From Octopus bimaculoides (lineage: Eukaryota), in assembly GCF_001194135.2 (NCBI RefSeq), contig NC_068998.1, positions 40,682,754 to 40,746,753 of the forward strand: a stretch of 64,000 bases of DNA, written 5' to 3'. The translations under genes were made by a program, and so were the position numbers. Under the pieces are notes generated by a model, which made no database searches, was not told the origin of the DNA, and saw nothing but the letters and a program-made list of their open reading frames with translations. This document shows, piece by piece, positions 11,871 through 26,550 of this stretch (position 1 is its first letter; the number at the start of each line of letters is the position of its first letter).

Positions 11871-14089
11871 AATTTAGTAAAATAATATTTGTCATCATTA
11901 AACTGATATTTGAAGCATAAATTAATATGAAATTTTGGTGGAAAGTTTTAGTTTAGATCACCTTGAAACTGGAAGTTTGTATTGTGGAACTCGTGCGATC
12001 TGTGGTGGGTTGGTTTTAAATGGGTTAAGATGGAATACTGGAATACTGACAGAAATGGTTGACTGAGGACTAAATGCCTTACAGTATTTAGTTTCTATTC
12101 TATGATGCACTGACTTCAAATCTTATTAGGATTTGTAAAATAAGATTTAACATGTTGGTGTGGCTCTATGGTTTAGAAGCTTATTTCTCAACTATGTGGT
12201 TGTAGGTTCAGTTCCACTGCACAACACCTGGAGAAAGTGTTTTCTATAGTCACAGGCTGAGCAAGTCCTTGAAAGTGGATACATGTATGAGTATATATGT
12301 ATAAAACAATACAAATGTGCATTGTGACCAGCAATATGTCACATCTAATAGCTTGGACAGTTGCTTAATAACCCCCCCCNNNNNNNNNNNNNNNNNNNNN
12401 NAATGTATGTGTTGATGTGCCTCATGTACCCTTGTGTTGATATGGTTGTAAATGAGCATCACCATCGTACAAGCAATGTTGTTTGTTTCTAGTTGTTTGT
12501 GAAAAAACATGTCTGGCTATGGAGGAAATATTACCCTGCTTGGAAACAAGTGAGGGCTGGCAACAAAAAGGGCATCTGACTGTAGAAAGATTTGCCACAG
12601 TAAATTCTGTCTGATCCATACTAGCATGAAGAAGTGAATGTTAAATGATGCTGATGTCATGACACTGAAGAATTAGGTCTTTCAGTTCGTTTGTAATATT
12701 TCTGGCCCTAGTTCTTGCCTTTTCATATCTTCCTTTCATCGTAGTCGTGGTCTTGTAAGGTAAACAAGATTGTCTTTATGTAATAGACGATAAAAACTTT
12801 GTGAGGTGAGTACCATTGTCTTATTTTTAGTCAATACTTGTTATTTTAGAAAATAGCACTTTCCAAATGCCAACCACTACTGAATTCTGAAAACAAAGTG
12901 GTATGTATACTTTAAATAAACAGTTAGTTAATCTGTTAAGCCGGGTGGGGGAGGGGGGGGGGTTGTCAAAACTTGTTTCACTTTGTGGACCAGATTGAAG
13001 TAGAAAGTAAATCTTTATTGGTTGAATAAGGACAATTTTCCATCATCATCATCGTTTAATGTCTGTTGTCCATGCTGGCATAGGTTGGACAGTTTGATCA
13101 GAGCTGGCAAGTTAGGGAGGGAGCTGCATCAGACTCCAGTCTGATTTGGCATGGTTTTTATGGCTGGATGCCTTTCTTAATGCCAACCACTTTACAGTGT
13201 GCTGGATGCTTTTATATGGCGCTACGTGGTACTGCATGGGTGCTTTTACATGGTGCTGCCATGAGTGCTTTGCATCACCAGAAGGATCAGTCTTAATACT
13301 TCCCTAACAACAAATTCAAAGGTATCAATGTTTGATATTAGAATTTTATTTAAAAAAAGAAAGGAAAAATTATGAGGTGTCAGCAAACTTTGTGTGCATA
13401 GGTATGTGGGAAAAGGTTTAATCTATATGGTACATGTACAGTTCTATTATGTAAATTTCCTTAGAGTAAGAAGAGGGATAGAAGTTGTCCAAATGAATGT
13501 GTACAGTTCTTGAGAAAAACCTATAACCAGTGCTAGGTAGCTTACTCTGTTTCAGCTGCAAATACTTTCAACATTGTTCATTTCATTAGAATTTATTGTG
13601 ACAAGCAAATGCATCAATTTGAAAGAAAATAAAAATGAAACAGAAAAGCTTCCATTTGGTTTGTCCTGTACAGACAAAGTAAAAGGGAAATAGGTCATAT
13701 TGTTTAGTGTTTGGATTCATGAGCTGCTTTTTCATTCATTGAAATAACAAGATTTCTGATGTGCACTGATTTGACTTATTGGAACCAGTGTTAATCCAAA
13801 ACTATGCTAGTGATAAGTGATAGGTTTTAACCCTTTAGCATTCGGATTATTCTGTCAAATGCAATGCTTTTTTTATTCACATTACTTTGAATTAATTCTG
13901 TATTTATCTTATAGCTTTGAGATTTAAATGATTTGATTGTTTATTTTTAGAATGGCATTGTAAGTGAAGTTTGAGAGGCCAGGTTTGGTCAGTTTGAACA
14001 CAAAACAGGTCAGATATTTAGATCGGTTTAAATTCTAAAAGGTTAAAAGTTTTAAAATTAAGGAAATTGTCCCAGAGGAGGAGGAGATC

Positions 14090-14420
14090 CCCTTGGGTCA
14101 TGAATAACCATGGGATTGCACCTAGAAAGTTACCCTCCAAGGCACAAGTCTGGGCAAGGTTTTTTATGGAAGACCAGCAGTCACCCATGCATACCAGCCT
14201 CCACTCTCCATGCCATTGATGTTATCCAAGGGAAATGGAAAGGCCAATACAGGTTGGCACCAGTGATATCGCAACTCGTTTCTACAGCTGAGTGAAATGG
14301 AGCAATGTGAAATAAAGTGTCTTGCTCAAGAACGCAACACGCAGACTGGTCCGGGAATCAAACTCACAACTTCGTGATTGTAAGCTTGACGCTCTAACCA
14401 CTGAGCCACATGCCTTCACT
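14090..14420 (-). mobile_element. tRNA-derived SINE with CTTGAGCAAGACACTT central motif; sense copy at 56590-56850
   Basis: Reverse complement begins GGCATGTGGCTCAGTGGTTAGAGCG (A-box) and GAGTTTGATTCCC (B-box); body matches 56590-56850. Confidence 0.75.
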
Positions 14421-17400
14421 GACTCAAAGGACTAACCAGAATATTGACGCCCTTCTATGAAACTGTTAAAACCTACCTCTTGTATGGTATTTTACATATG
14501 AAAAGAACTTGGCTCAACTCTGCATGTCGACCAGGCAATTGTACCTTTTCTGTACAACTGCCTACAATATTCTTTTCTACCATAGTCACAAGGCTTGAAA
14601 TTTGTGGGGAGGGAGTATGCAACTGGTACTTAATTAATTGACCCCGAAAGGATGAAAGGCAAAGTCAACTTTGGCAGAATTTGAACTCAGAACGTAAAGA
14701 CACAAAATCTGGCTAAGCATTTCGCCTGGCGTGTTAATGTTTCTGCCAGCTCACTGCCTTTAAATATATTCTTTCCTCCTCTAGGCACAAGGCCTAAAAT
14801 TTTTTTGGAGGGAGCTGGTCAATTAGATTGACTGCCAGTATGCAATTGGTACTTAGTTTATTGACCCCTGAAAGGATGAAAGGCAAAGCCAATCTCAGTG
14901 GAATTTGAACTCAGAATGTAAAGACAGATGAAATCTGGCTAGGCATTTCACCCGGCGTGCTAATGTTTCTGCTAGCTCGCTGCCTTAACTGCCTACAATA
15001 TTGAACTATATCTTCACATGGTTCCTTTGAATTCAGAACTGCATGACAGTGAAACACTTTACAGCTGTATGGTATTCTTTCCTGCCTGTAACTGCATATT
15101 TTTCTTAAGGAAGGCAAAAGGCAGGACTTATAGTTGAGCTGCAGCCCAGAACCTAGAGCCTTTTGTTATTTAGCCCTAGGTTAGCTCTGACCAAGGAAAG
15201 CCATTAAAAAGAGTACTCTGGCTTTGACCATCTCCATCTTTCTGTACAGTGACTATATTACTCAATGAATTCTTCATTAACCCTTTTGATACCAACTAGG
15301 GGTGTTTGAGACCACCCCTAGTTCTATGACGTAAACTTCCTGTTTTAAAGTGATCTAAATTAAAATCTTTTATTAAAAGTTTTCATATTTATGTTCCAGA
15401 CATCAACTTAATAAGTTATTTTGTTAAATTCTTCATTGATTTCAAAATTGAAACAAAGACCGTGTCTTCCAAAAAAATATAGTAACAAATGGATTAGAGG
15501 TAGTAGAGTCTGATTTGAAGAAGATTTGGTTGTTATTCCAGCTGGTTGATGGTAAAGGCACCTCTGATAACCAGTTGTAGTGAAATGATGTCCCTAGAAA
15601 GATTGTGCTAAGTTTTCCATAGATTAGGGGTTTCTACAACACTGGCTGGAAACTAAATATTACATCTGTTGGAACTTTAAGTGGGGGCAGGAGAGCTACT
15701 AGAATGCAGCTTCTGTATCTATTTTGTCCTTCAACTTGTAGCTATGGTCACATCTCCAGTTGTTTTAGCAGCTCTTGATTTATCCATTTTGGTGGACATT
15801 GTGCGTGCATGCGTATGCGTGTAGGCTTGTTGCCTAGCGGTTAGAGTATTTGGCTTGCAATCATGTCCTGAGTTCAAGACCTGGACTCGGCAGTGCATTG
15901 TGTCCTTGAGCAAGACACTTGATTCCATGTTGCTTTCGCCTACTAAGCTGAAAATGAATACCGACTGAGTGCTGGTGCAGCCCTCTCTCCCTCCTTAAAT
16001 GCACTGCTAGGTCAAGGAGTTGAGAAGCTGTCTATATTTGTTTGCACTTGAAATAGTTAGCAAAAGTATAAGTGTAACTAAGCCATACCCATTCACAAGT
16101 GATAACTGGCTTTTTGTATTCCTTGGGGATCACCAGTTCATAGGAACATGGTCAGCTCACTTAGAATAAGGAACCCAAAGCCAGAAGGTTGAATGTCAGT
16201 ATGGTTAATCAATAAAGGTGAATCTAACAAAAACTTTATACATTTTATTTTACCCAGAAGCTCTTCAGAGACCAACAGCCCTCAGGTGAAACATAATACA
16301 TATTTTGTTGGACTTAATGACTCTGGATAAAAAGGCATAGGGCATGGTTGTGTGGTTGAGAGATTTGCTTCCCAACAACATGATTTTGGGCTCAGTCCTC
16401 ATTGCATAGGACCTTTGGCAAGTGCTTTCTACTCTGGTGCTGGGTTGACCAAATGCCTTGTGAGTGAATTTGGTAGACATAAAATGAAAGAAACCTGTTA
16501 TATGCACACATAAGTGTAACATTATTTGTACGTGTGTGTGTGTGTGTGTGTGCATATTAGTGTCTTCCTATTTTGACATCTCATGATAGTTGTAAACGAG
16601 TTTCACTGTCATACAAACGGTGCCTTTCATTTCCAGTCTTCAGTGAAAACTTGTCTGGCTTAATGAAACATTACCTTGCTTGAGAACAGGTGAGTGTTGA
16701 TGACAGGAAAGGCATCTGGCTATAGAAAATGTTTCAGCAAATTCCGATTCATGAAAGCCTGAAAAAGTGGACAATGAACTAGTAATATATATTCATCCTT
16801 GCTACTGTTTTAAAAATCTGTTTTACCATTACCTTGTCAACATGTTGGGTAAATCTGTGTTGTACAGCATACCATTGCTCTTATCTCAGTTCGTCTGTGA
16901 GGCTCGTTATCTTCAGATATGACCTTACTACTCGCATGTAACACAGATGGTCTTACTCAGCTATAGTTACATGTTACAGCCAGTAAACTGCATGTTTTCA
17001 TGTAGCATTTCATTTATAACCCATGATTATGCCATTATAGCTAACTTTTGCATATATTCACCATACGCGTTGCTGTATGGCTGAGAAGCTTGGTTCCTAA
17101 CCATGTGGTTTTGGGTTCAGTCCCTGTCCGTGCTACCTTGTACAAGTATCTTTTGCTACAGCTCTGGGCCAGTCAACATCTTGAAAGTGGATACAGTAGA
17201 CAGAAACTGATAAAAGCTTGTGGTGTGTGTGTGTGTATGTAGTCTGTATTGCTGCAAACTTTTCTCAGGCAAACTCCTTATTGTCTCTTTAATGGTGATC
17301 CTATACTGTAATCCTTTTAACTTTTAGGGAATTTATGTATGATTCTAACACTTTAACCTCCTCTTCCTTTGCAGAGATTTAAGGGACAGAATGTTTGTCA

Positions 17401-18515
17401 AAACATAATGAGGAGACCGATGTTAATGTAGTCCCTCTTGGTTAAAGTATGAAGCAAAATGGAAGCAAATATAAAAATCAGTCTGACTGGTGACATGTTC
17501 TAACCTTTCACCTTCCTTAATTTAGGCTGATTTGGAATGTTTGCATTGTAGGAATGTTGTAAAAGGGTTCACTTTTAACTCTTCCTCTTCCTCCTCCCTG
17601 TTTCTGCTATATAACTTCCTTCTTGAATAATACTGATTTCCAGTCCACTCTTGATGTTTTTTTTTTTTTTTTTTTTGTGAGATGGTGGGAAAGTGTAAAA
17701 AGGGTAGAAAACGTTTGATCATGACAATTAGCTTAGTAGTAGTAGTAGTAGTAATTTTGGCACAAGGCAAGCTGTTTTGAGGTGAGGAGTAATTCAATTA
17801 CATCAACCCCAGTGTTCAACTGGTACTTATTTTATTGGCCTTGAAAGGATGAAAGGTGAAGTTGTCCCTGGTAGCATTTGAACTCAGAACATAAAGACAG
17901 GTGATTTGCTGCTAAGCATTTTGTCTGGTGTTCTAATGATTCTGCCAGCATGCTGCTTTAATATTAAACGTAACAAGGGTGGTGAGCTGGCAGAATCATT
18001 AAGTACACCGGACAAAACGCTTTGTGACATTTTGTCTGAGTTCAAATTCCGCCAAAGTCAACTTTGCCATTCATTTTTAAGGTGTCAATAAAATAAGTAC
18101 CAGTTGTGCACTGGGGTTGATGCAATTGACTTAAACTCTCTCTCTCTTGAACTTGCAGGCCTTGTGCCAAAATATGAAACCAATATTAAATGTAACATTA
18201 TGATAAACTACTTGTTAGCCAAATTCACAATGATAGTAATAATTTTGCTACTATAGTAATAATTTTTCTACTTTAAAGGTGGTGCTCCAGTATGGCCGCA
18301 GTCAAATGACTGAAACAAGTAAAAGAGTATAAAAGATTATAGCCATGAAGCCTAAAATTTTTGCAGGAGTGAGCCAGTCGATTTCATTGACCTCGAAACA
18401 ATGAAAGGCAAAGCTAACCTCAGTGGTATTTGAACCCAGAACATAAAGATGGATGAAATGATGCTAAGCATTTTGTCTGGCGTGTTAATGTTTCTGCCAG
18501 CTTGCCATCTTAAAA

Positions 18516-18547
<32 letters not shown>

Positions 18548-19207
18548 TATATTGATTCCTGGAAAGATGAAAGGCAAAGTTGACCTTGATGGGATTTGAA
18601 CTCTCAGTGGAAGAATTGTAACTAAATATTGCCACGGCGTTTTATCCAGTGCTCAAACGTAACTGTCAGTTCAGTCCATCATGGTACTTTAGTTGGTGTT
18701 GAGAATTCAAATTATAGTTATTCTCTCTGTTGTGCCTTTGGATAACCTCCAAGAGGCTATCTTGAAGAAGAAACTAACCAGCATTAGTTGCTATTTAGAA
18801 CTATATCTCAGTCATGTGCATGATCAAATCTGTTCCAACTGTGACCATCTCTATTCTTTATCATTGGATGTAACACATCTTGGACTACATTATTTAATAT
18901 GTGCATTTTTGGTTTTTAAGATGTTCGGGTGTGATCCAAAGAAGTTAGGTTGCTATTTCTAGCACACTGTGTAGCCATATAGCAGTTACTTGTTTTCTAT
19001 GAGCCATTAGGGTTAACCATGACAATGAAAGCTTTAGAGAGCTTTGAACTATGAAACATTTTGATTGATCTTTCATTTCTAAACCTGGTTTTGGCAGTGT
19101 ATTGGTGCCATTACAGCAGGTTGGGTGGAAGCTCTTCTTATGTCTTAATTTTTGGACAGCATGTCTCTCAATTAGCAATGCATTTCCACAACTGAAAATT
19201 TCATATA

Positions 19208-20452
19208 CACCGAACTGCAAAAGAAACGCAAGATGTGTGACTGGGAAATATGTTTTAATTTCATTTTGTCAGAGATAAATTTTGATAAATCTGATAAAGT
19301 CAATTTCTTGGATGCACTTTGACCACAGTCTATGTATGGGTTGTTGTCGTGTGTTCTGGTAGTGGGTGGATTCAGCACATTGAGATTGTAGGGCGTGACA
19401 TGTTCAATACTGTGTATGCCCTCCCTGGTTGTTCAAAACAGCCATAAACCACCAGTACATGGAGTGCATGAGGCGGTTCACAAAAGCCATTGGCACCTGT
19501 GCTCACACTATGAGGAAAGCTGCCTCCAGTTCCACACAAGTTGTCAGCCTTGGGACCACCTGGTTCAGCCGTCTCTGGATTTCATTCCACATGTGTTCAA
19601 TTGGGTTCAGATCCAGGCTGAGAGCCAGCCATGGCATGGTTCTGATGTAGTGCTGATGCAGGAAGTCCATGGTGACCCTGGCCATGTTGGAGGGAGCATT
19701 GTCCTGCTGGAACATGTGGCTATGGTGACACACAAAGAAGGGCACGATGTGAGGTCTTAAGATCTGGTCAATGTAGTGCTGTGCTGTGATGCCATTCCCT
19801 CTGCCTGTACCAACATTTTGGAACACATGGGGCTCAATTCTCTGATTCAGGCCTGTAGCACCCCAAGCCATGATGCTTTGGCCACCCCATGCGTCTCTCT
19901 CCACGACACATGCATCTCTGTAGTGTTCACCCCTCCTATGCCACACCCTCACTTTGAGGTGGAAATAGTACTGGCTCTTGTCAGAGAAGACTATCAACTT
20001 CCATTGTTGATGCTACTAATGTCGGTGCTGTGTAACCCACTGTAGCTATGCCTGACAGTGGCGGGCAGTGAAGACAGGCCCTCGAGCAGGACGATGGCAA
20101 CGTAATCAGCTGATAGCTTGTTCTCTCTGCGCTACTGACAATCAGGTCATACCTGATGCATTCAAATTATGAATGGTGAGAATGCGGTTCAGTTTGATTT
20201 TTATACCCATAACCTCCACGAGATGCATGTGCATTTCGGTTTTCACGACAATTGTTTGTGACTGCCACCCATGGCATTCAACACAGCTATGTTTTGGCAT
20301 TTCATTTCAGGGGAAGTCAAAAGGTTACCTGCAATATGGGTCTCAGCCATAAACCTGCATGTCTTGGAATATTTACACTTAAAATAAATTTTCAGAATTT
20401 ATCATATAAAATGACATTTGAAAAAATCGTGTTTCTTTTGTGTAGATTACTG
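19208..20452 (-). mobile_element. Internally deleted Tc1-family transposon (DD34E)
   Basis: ORF 19503..19997 has VFSD...QQDN-(34)-NPIE. Remnant N-terminus MT*LSVAQREQAI near 20150. Degenerate TIRs share AAAAGAAAC; TA at the left end. Confidence 0.88.
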
Positions 20453-23400
20453 AATTTATGTATGTGTTAGGAGGGGAGGCAGTGCCCATGGATTTCTACA
20501 ACTAGAATTATGTATATTGTTATATTTGTGTGGCTGGTTACCATAGTACTTTAGTCCTTTAGCATTTAAACTGGCCATATCCAGCCCAAATATTTTACTT
20601 GTTTTGTGTTCAAACCAACTAGATCCAGCATCTCACACCTGCCCTGCAATGTCATTCTAAAAATAAATGACATCTTCAAAAATCTCTAAGCTACAAGACA
20701 ATACAGGATTGATTTAAAAAAGGTGAATGAAATAAGCATATTTGACAGAGTAATCTGAACGATAAAGGGTTAAGTCTTGCTGCTTGCGAGAACTTAGAAC
20801 AGAATTTGTGTGTGTGTATTCTGTTTTGGAATATCTCGAAACACACAAATATAATATAATAATAGCATGTAAATATTGTGTTGAAAAACCCTTCTGAATA
20901 GTAAATGGTGAACGTTGCCTATGGAACTCAAATCCACACCTGTAGAAATGACAGATATTCTACTATTGTACAGTGGTACTGTTGTAAAAGGTAAAATGCC
21001 TGTCATGTCTACAACTGTGGATTTGAGTCCCATAGGCTATTACTACTCAAAGTAGTGGTCTGCGAACCATCAGCTACTGCTGCACGGCGAGTTTCCAGCA
21101 AAGAAAGAAACAACAGCATAATTTCTGTAATTTCGCCTTGCAGTAAATAAGTTAGCTTATCCTGTCAAACGTTGATGGTGGGACAATTGGAAGGAAAGAG
21201 AACTCGACTGGTATCCATTCAACTGAAGCAACTTAAAATGAAGCACCTTTCATAAAAAGACACAGCACATTGCTCAGTTCAGGAGTCAAACCTGCAACTT
21301 TTTGAGAGTTGAACACTGACCACTAGGTTGTGTACTTTCACATGTAACATAGCCCCTCCTGTCAAGGCAAAGCTTATCTTTTTGGCAATCCACTCTGATT
21401 CACAGTACTTTAACCCCAGCATCTGTATAAAACAGTCCATTCCTGTCTATTAACTGCAACTGTTGCAGAGAAGGCCTAGCACTTGTTCTTGAGAAGAGGA
21501 AAATTATATTGAGGGACAAGTAAAATTAACTGTTTAACTTGAGATGTGAACTTACGTAGAATACACATCCAGTAGGTGTCATAGATAGGTACCGTAATCA
21601 TAAAGCTGTCATTTTAGCATAAACATTTTGAGTCTTTGTAACAAATTCCACTCAGTTTGTTAGAAATAGCTGTCAGATATTCCACAAACCACACACTACC
21701 ATTTTAAAAAAGGAACTTTCTGGATTATGAACTATGATTTAATTATGGTTGGAAAGATTTTTGACATAGGTAGGTGTCTTCATTGTAGACAACCTGGCAT
21801 TCAGCAATAACCTTTTCAATTTTCAACTCATGACCTTTAACTTCACAACATGAAATCACAGAATAATATCTGTGTGGATGTTTACAGTTTGTGCTGAGCC
21901 ATGGAATGTCATTGTTTGTAGCTGTGCTGCAACCAGTGATGTTTGATGACAACCCCTGCTGGCATATCATCTGCTAGCTCTGTTGTGCTCTATAAATTCC
22001 TTTGGAATAAAAGATTCCTTACTTGAAAAATAAGGGTTGGCAACAGGAATAGCATCCTGTGGTAAAAAACTTCTCTCAACGTGTCATCTAATCTCTTCTA
22101 TCATGGATAGAGTGATATCAAAACAGATGAGAATGCATTTTTGTATGTGTGTATATGTACATAGAAGTGTGTGTGTGTGTGTGTGTGTATACTGTCTTAA
22201 TTTTTTTAAAAACCAAAACACTGCAAGTTATAAGAAATAATACAGGTCAATGGTTTATACTTTTACCATGCATTACGATATCTTGTACACATCCTATAAA
22301 ACAAAAAAATCTAGCTCACAATACCATTTTTCTGAAGATTTCACTAGTGAAGTCACTACAATACTAAAAATGCAATTTTTAAAAGTCCACTTTTTTAAAA
22401 ATCAACAACTACTAAGAATATGGTAAAAGAGTCAACATTCCTGGAACATATCCAAAAGAAGACTGCTAATACAGTAGAACATCACTAAGTAAAATGAAAT
22501 GGAGGGAGGAGAGATTTCTAACCCTTTTCATAGTCTTATCCACCAGCAAAATAATGTCCTCTACATCAATATAAGGTACATTAACTCAACTACATCATTC
22601 TAACATCGCCTCCTCTTCACCACCATTACTATCACCGTCTCTGTTGAGTTTGGTTGTCTCCTAAATGCACTCTTTGTCTTTTATACAAGCTGACAAATGG
22701 TGCCGGCATGTCAGTTATCAAGTGATGATAGCTTATAAATATAATATCCCAGTGCAATAATTTGCTTTAAGTGTATCTATATGTGACTTATGCATGCCTT
22801 CAATATGGTGTTTGCTGTTGTTTAACCTTATGTTGGTGACTGAATTGAACAGACCTATAATTAGAAGCAATCAAATCACCATCGTTCCATATGTGTTGAT
22901 TAATTATATATACGGCCCCTTCCTACAGTTAAACACACAGATGTTACTTCCTCAGTATGTATTCAAATATACATGTTCTCTCTTATATGTGGGTCAAATA
23001 TGGTTGTTGTTGTTGTTGTCATTGTAGCGTAACTCCAAGTCAGTGGCTCAGTGGGCCAGACACTATAATCAAAGGCATGATGTGTTGTTTCCCCACCTCC
23101 TTACAAAGTATTTTACTATCGGCTCTATTATCCACTGTATGCTTTTCTTAAGATAGTAGGATGTGATTTGAGGGAGATTTAGCTGCTATTTCTAACAGAT
23201 TAAGCAACCAAATAGAACCTCTCTTGTTAGCTTGTCAATAACTTGTCATTCTGTAGAATATAATAAAAGCAGGCATCTGAGCAAGAGTAGAATATTGGGG
23301 AGGGGAGTTTGCTGTAGTGATTTACATTGTGGCCCAGGTGAACCACCAGTAGTCCATCCCAAAGTCTTTGGTGGTCCACAGCAAATTTTATAAGACGAAG

Positions 23401-24609
23401 GAAATCACTAAATGTGACTAGAAATCCTAAGTAAATTTACATATAATTCATACATTCATCATCACCATCACTAAAATGTCCGTTTTTCCTTGGGTCAGAT
23501 GGAGTTTGTTGAGACAGATTTACTAAGGCCAGATTCTCTTCTTGCCACCTCTCCCCATGTAGTTTCTTAGCAAGGTAATTTTTTCCTCGTGGCTAGACAT
23601 GTTTTGGTGGAACATTGGAAATGAATGATTGCTTGTATGGCAGTGACAATTATTTACACTTATGAAATACTGAGACAATGACACACTCATGCGCATATGC
23701 GTGCACGGCAGGTTTGTTTTAGTTTCCATATACCATATCCAGTCGCAAGGCTTTGGTCAGTCTGGGGGCCAGAGTAGAAGACGTTTACCCCAAGTGTCAC
23801 ATTCCTGAAAACCTGAACCCATGTGGTTGGTAAGCAAACTTCTTACCACACAACCACTCTTGCACCTTTTGTGTAGTGATAATAAAAGAGACAAAAGGAG
23901 CACACAGTTCACCAGAGTGCATTGTGTTTCGTTCAATGAATGTGAACCTTTCTGTGGCTGTATTTCTATTGAGATACACACAGCTTATCTACTTGAATAA
24001 ATTTGTGGAAATTTATCAAGAATTTGGAGAGATTTAGTAAAGTAACTTTTCCATTATTCAGCTGATGTTTGGAACATAAACAAAAAAAATTCACAGAAGT
24101 TTTTTAAGAACACTTTTAAAATAACCAGTTTTGTAGCAGTGAGTGCTAGAAATATTTCAGCAGGATTGATATCAAAAGAATTAAGCAAGACTTTTTGAGC
24201 TAACACACTGACCTCACCCGCTCAACATTCTGTTTGCTACTGCAGATTAATATCTAGATCTAGATACTATATTTAACGACTGATTTGTAAAGCTAAAACT
24301 GCCTGATGTAGAAGAAAATAGACGTCTGAACTTCATTGAATGTAATATATAGAGTAAGATGTTGTTTATTCTCCAATAAATCAATCGATCAACTGATCAA
24401 TATAGATCAGCTAATAACAGACTTATTTATTGACCAATGTGGAGGTGGGAAGAGGGTGGAAGGGTTCCCTCTCTTTATCTCTAATTATTATTTTCATTCA
24501 TGGGGAGTGAAGGCTGGGACTGGTTCCCTTTTACTAAGTAGACACTGCTTTGAAAACTGACTGGCAAGAAGAGACATTGGCTTTTAAATGCTTAGTGCAA
24601 ATTTCTTTT

Positions 24610-24644
<35 letters not shown>

Positions 24645-24914
24645 AAAAACATTGTTTACCCGAAAGAGAAATCTTATATTTTAAATGTTTGAAATTATAT
24701 AAATGTATTAAAACCGGCATTAAGTCTTTAAGGTAGAAACAAAGCTACTTAAAGTTAAATGAATGTGTGTGTTTAAGCTCATAAGATTTAGGATTATAAT
24801 TACAATCATTTGAGGAATCTTTGAATTGTACCCAAATATAATTTATAATAATTATCATAGCTGGGTGGCCTAGAAGTTTGCTTTGACTATATGACACCGT
24901 GGACAAGTGTTTAA

Positions 24915-25136
24915 CCCTGTTGTTACCATATCTCAGTTAACATAAGTTGCTTTTGTTTGAGTACATTTTTGAAATAATGCAGAATTTAGTAAAATAAAAC
25001 TTTGTTATTATTAAGCTGGGGCTTGGAACAATTTAATATAAAATTTTGATGGAAGATTATAATTTAGACAACTTTAAAACAGTAAGTTTATGTCATAGAA
25101 CCTGGGGCGGTCTTAGGCAGGCTGGTATCAAAAGGA
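24915..25136. mobile_element. piggyBac-like MITE family G; also 3639-3841, 15281-15493, 31265-31461, 59206-59427, 60014-60230
   Basis: TTAA-CCCTGTTGTTACC...GGTATCAAAAGGA-TTAA; body differs from family F. Confidence 0.72.
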
Positions 25137-26305
25137 TTAATACTATAGTCTTGGGTTGAACTAAGTCCACTGTGAATGAAATAAGACTAGTGGAGGTCTA
25201 TTGGATGGGCTGTATTTGTTTACCACTAATACTGACTGTTTTTTCAGTACCTTTAGCAGTACCATTGTGATGCAAATATTTCAACAATGTCTCTAGTCTG
25301 AGGGCAAACTATCAGGTACTAAATCTCATTGATATTTTGGCTATTTAACTACTATACATTTCCATCTGGATGACTGGTACAGCAGACAGTTTCTATTTTC
25401 ATCTATTCTGTCAATGTCTTATCTTGGGGAATATCTCATTTTTATTTAAATAAAACAAAAATAGGAAAGGACAAGGACTTAGTTGGGTTCCTTCTTATTG
25501 CAGTTATAAAGGTTACTGGAATTGGTAAAAAAAAAAAAGAGTTCTGGAAATGGTAATGGTTTTTAAATGTTTCGGAATCTACTTTTTCAACTGAAAGTAG
25601 ATGCCATCATGTTCACTTGATGTAAGAATCGTATCATCTGTCTGTAAAATGAAAATATTTACTACAAGTGTTTTTTGGCAGATTATACTCTGATTTCAAA
25701 TCCTGTTTAGGTCACTGTTAGTTTGTCCTCTTCTGAAGGAGTGGGGTGGGGCTCAATCAGATACAACAATTAATAATATGTAGACATTTGATACAGTCAA
25801 CTTACATCTCTCTCATCTGTAATGTTGCATCATCCATTATTAACTCTAGATTGGTTCAGATGAACAGAAGTAGTCCAGACATGACCACTCAGATTATCTA
25901 AGACTACATTATTCATTATTTCTTTAACCCATTAGCATTCAGATTATGCTGTCAAATGTGTTGCTTATTCATTCATATTGTTTTTACTTAATCATGCATT
26001 ATCTCATAGCTTAAATGATGTGATTGTTTCTTTTTAGAATGACTTTGTATGGTGGGTGTGAGAGGCTAGATCTGACAGGTAGAATATTTTGCATAAACAC
26101 ATTGAGAATCCCTTGTTGGCTAGGATATCATTTATTTGTGCTTCCAGGTATATATAGCTTAGCAAAAGGACATCTATTGATTTGCATTTAGTAGTTAGCA
26201 TGGGAATTGCTTTGTTTTATGTGCATCTTTGTGTTTTGAGAGTAAGAGAGAGGAGGCCTTGGTTTTTGCTAAATAATCAATACAAATTATTTCTTTTCTC
26301 CCTAG

Positions 26306-26550
26306 AAGAACCGGAAGTGAAATTAGAACCCATCAATGTAGATATAATTAATTTTAAAAAAGGGAGTACCGTGAAGAAACCTACCTCTCACCCCAGCAGA
26401 CCTGCACTGAAGAAAAGTGAATCTGATGAACAGACTCCATCAAAAAACGAGGTGAAACTAAAGCGTTCACCTCGCATCAGTAAACCTTCAATCAAAAAAC
26501 TGGAGGCTGAAGAGGACAACAAGCTCTTCACGGAATACCAAAAGCAAATG
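26306..26550 (+). CDS. NSD2: NSD coding exon 3: Lys/Ser/Pro-rich linker
   Basis: Acceptor ttcttttctccctag, phase 1 in, open frame EEPEVKLEP...TEYQKQM, donor ATG|gtaagt phase 0. No domain homology, so support is splice signals and phase. Confidence 0.8.

Noticed and set aside
17375-17460. Possible extra exon after CTCTTCCTTTGCAG
   Set aside because: Phase-1 reading hits TAA at once; the alternative internal AG needs a poor GTTAAA donor; no homology.
24612-24643. 32-nt poly(T) as a retrocopy tail
   Set aside because: No adjacent processed-gene or element body or TSD recognised.
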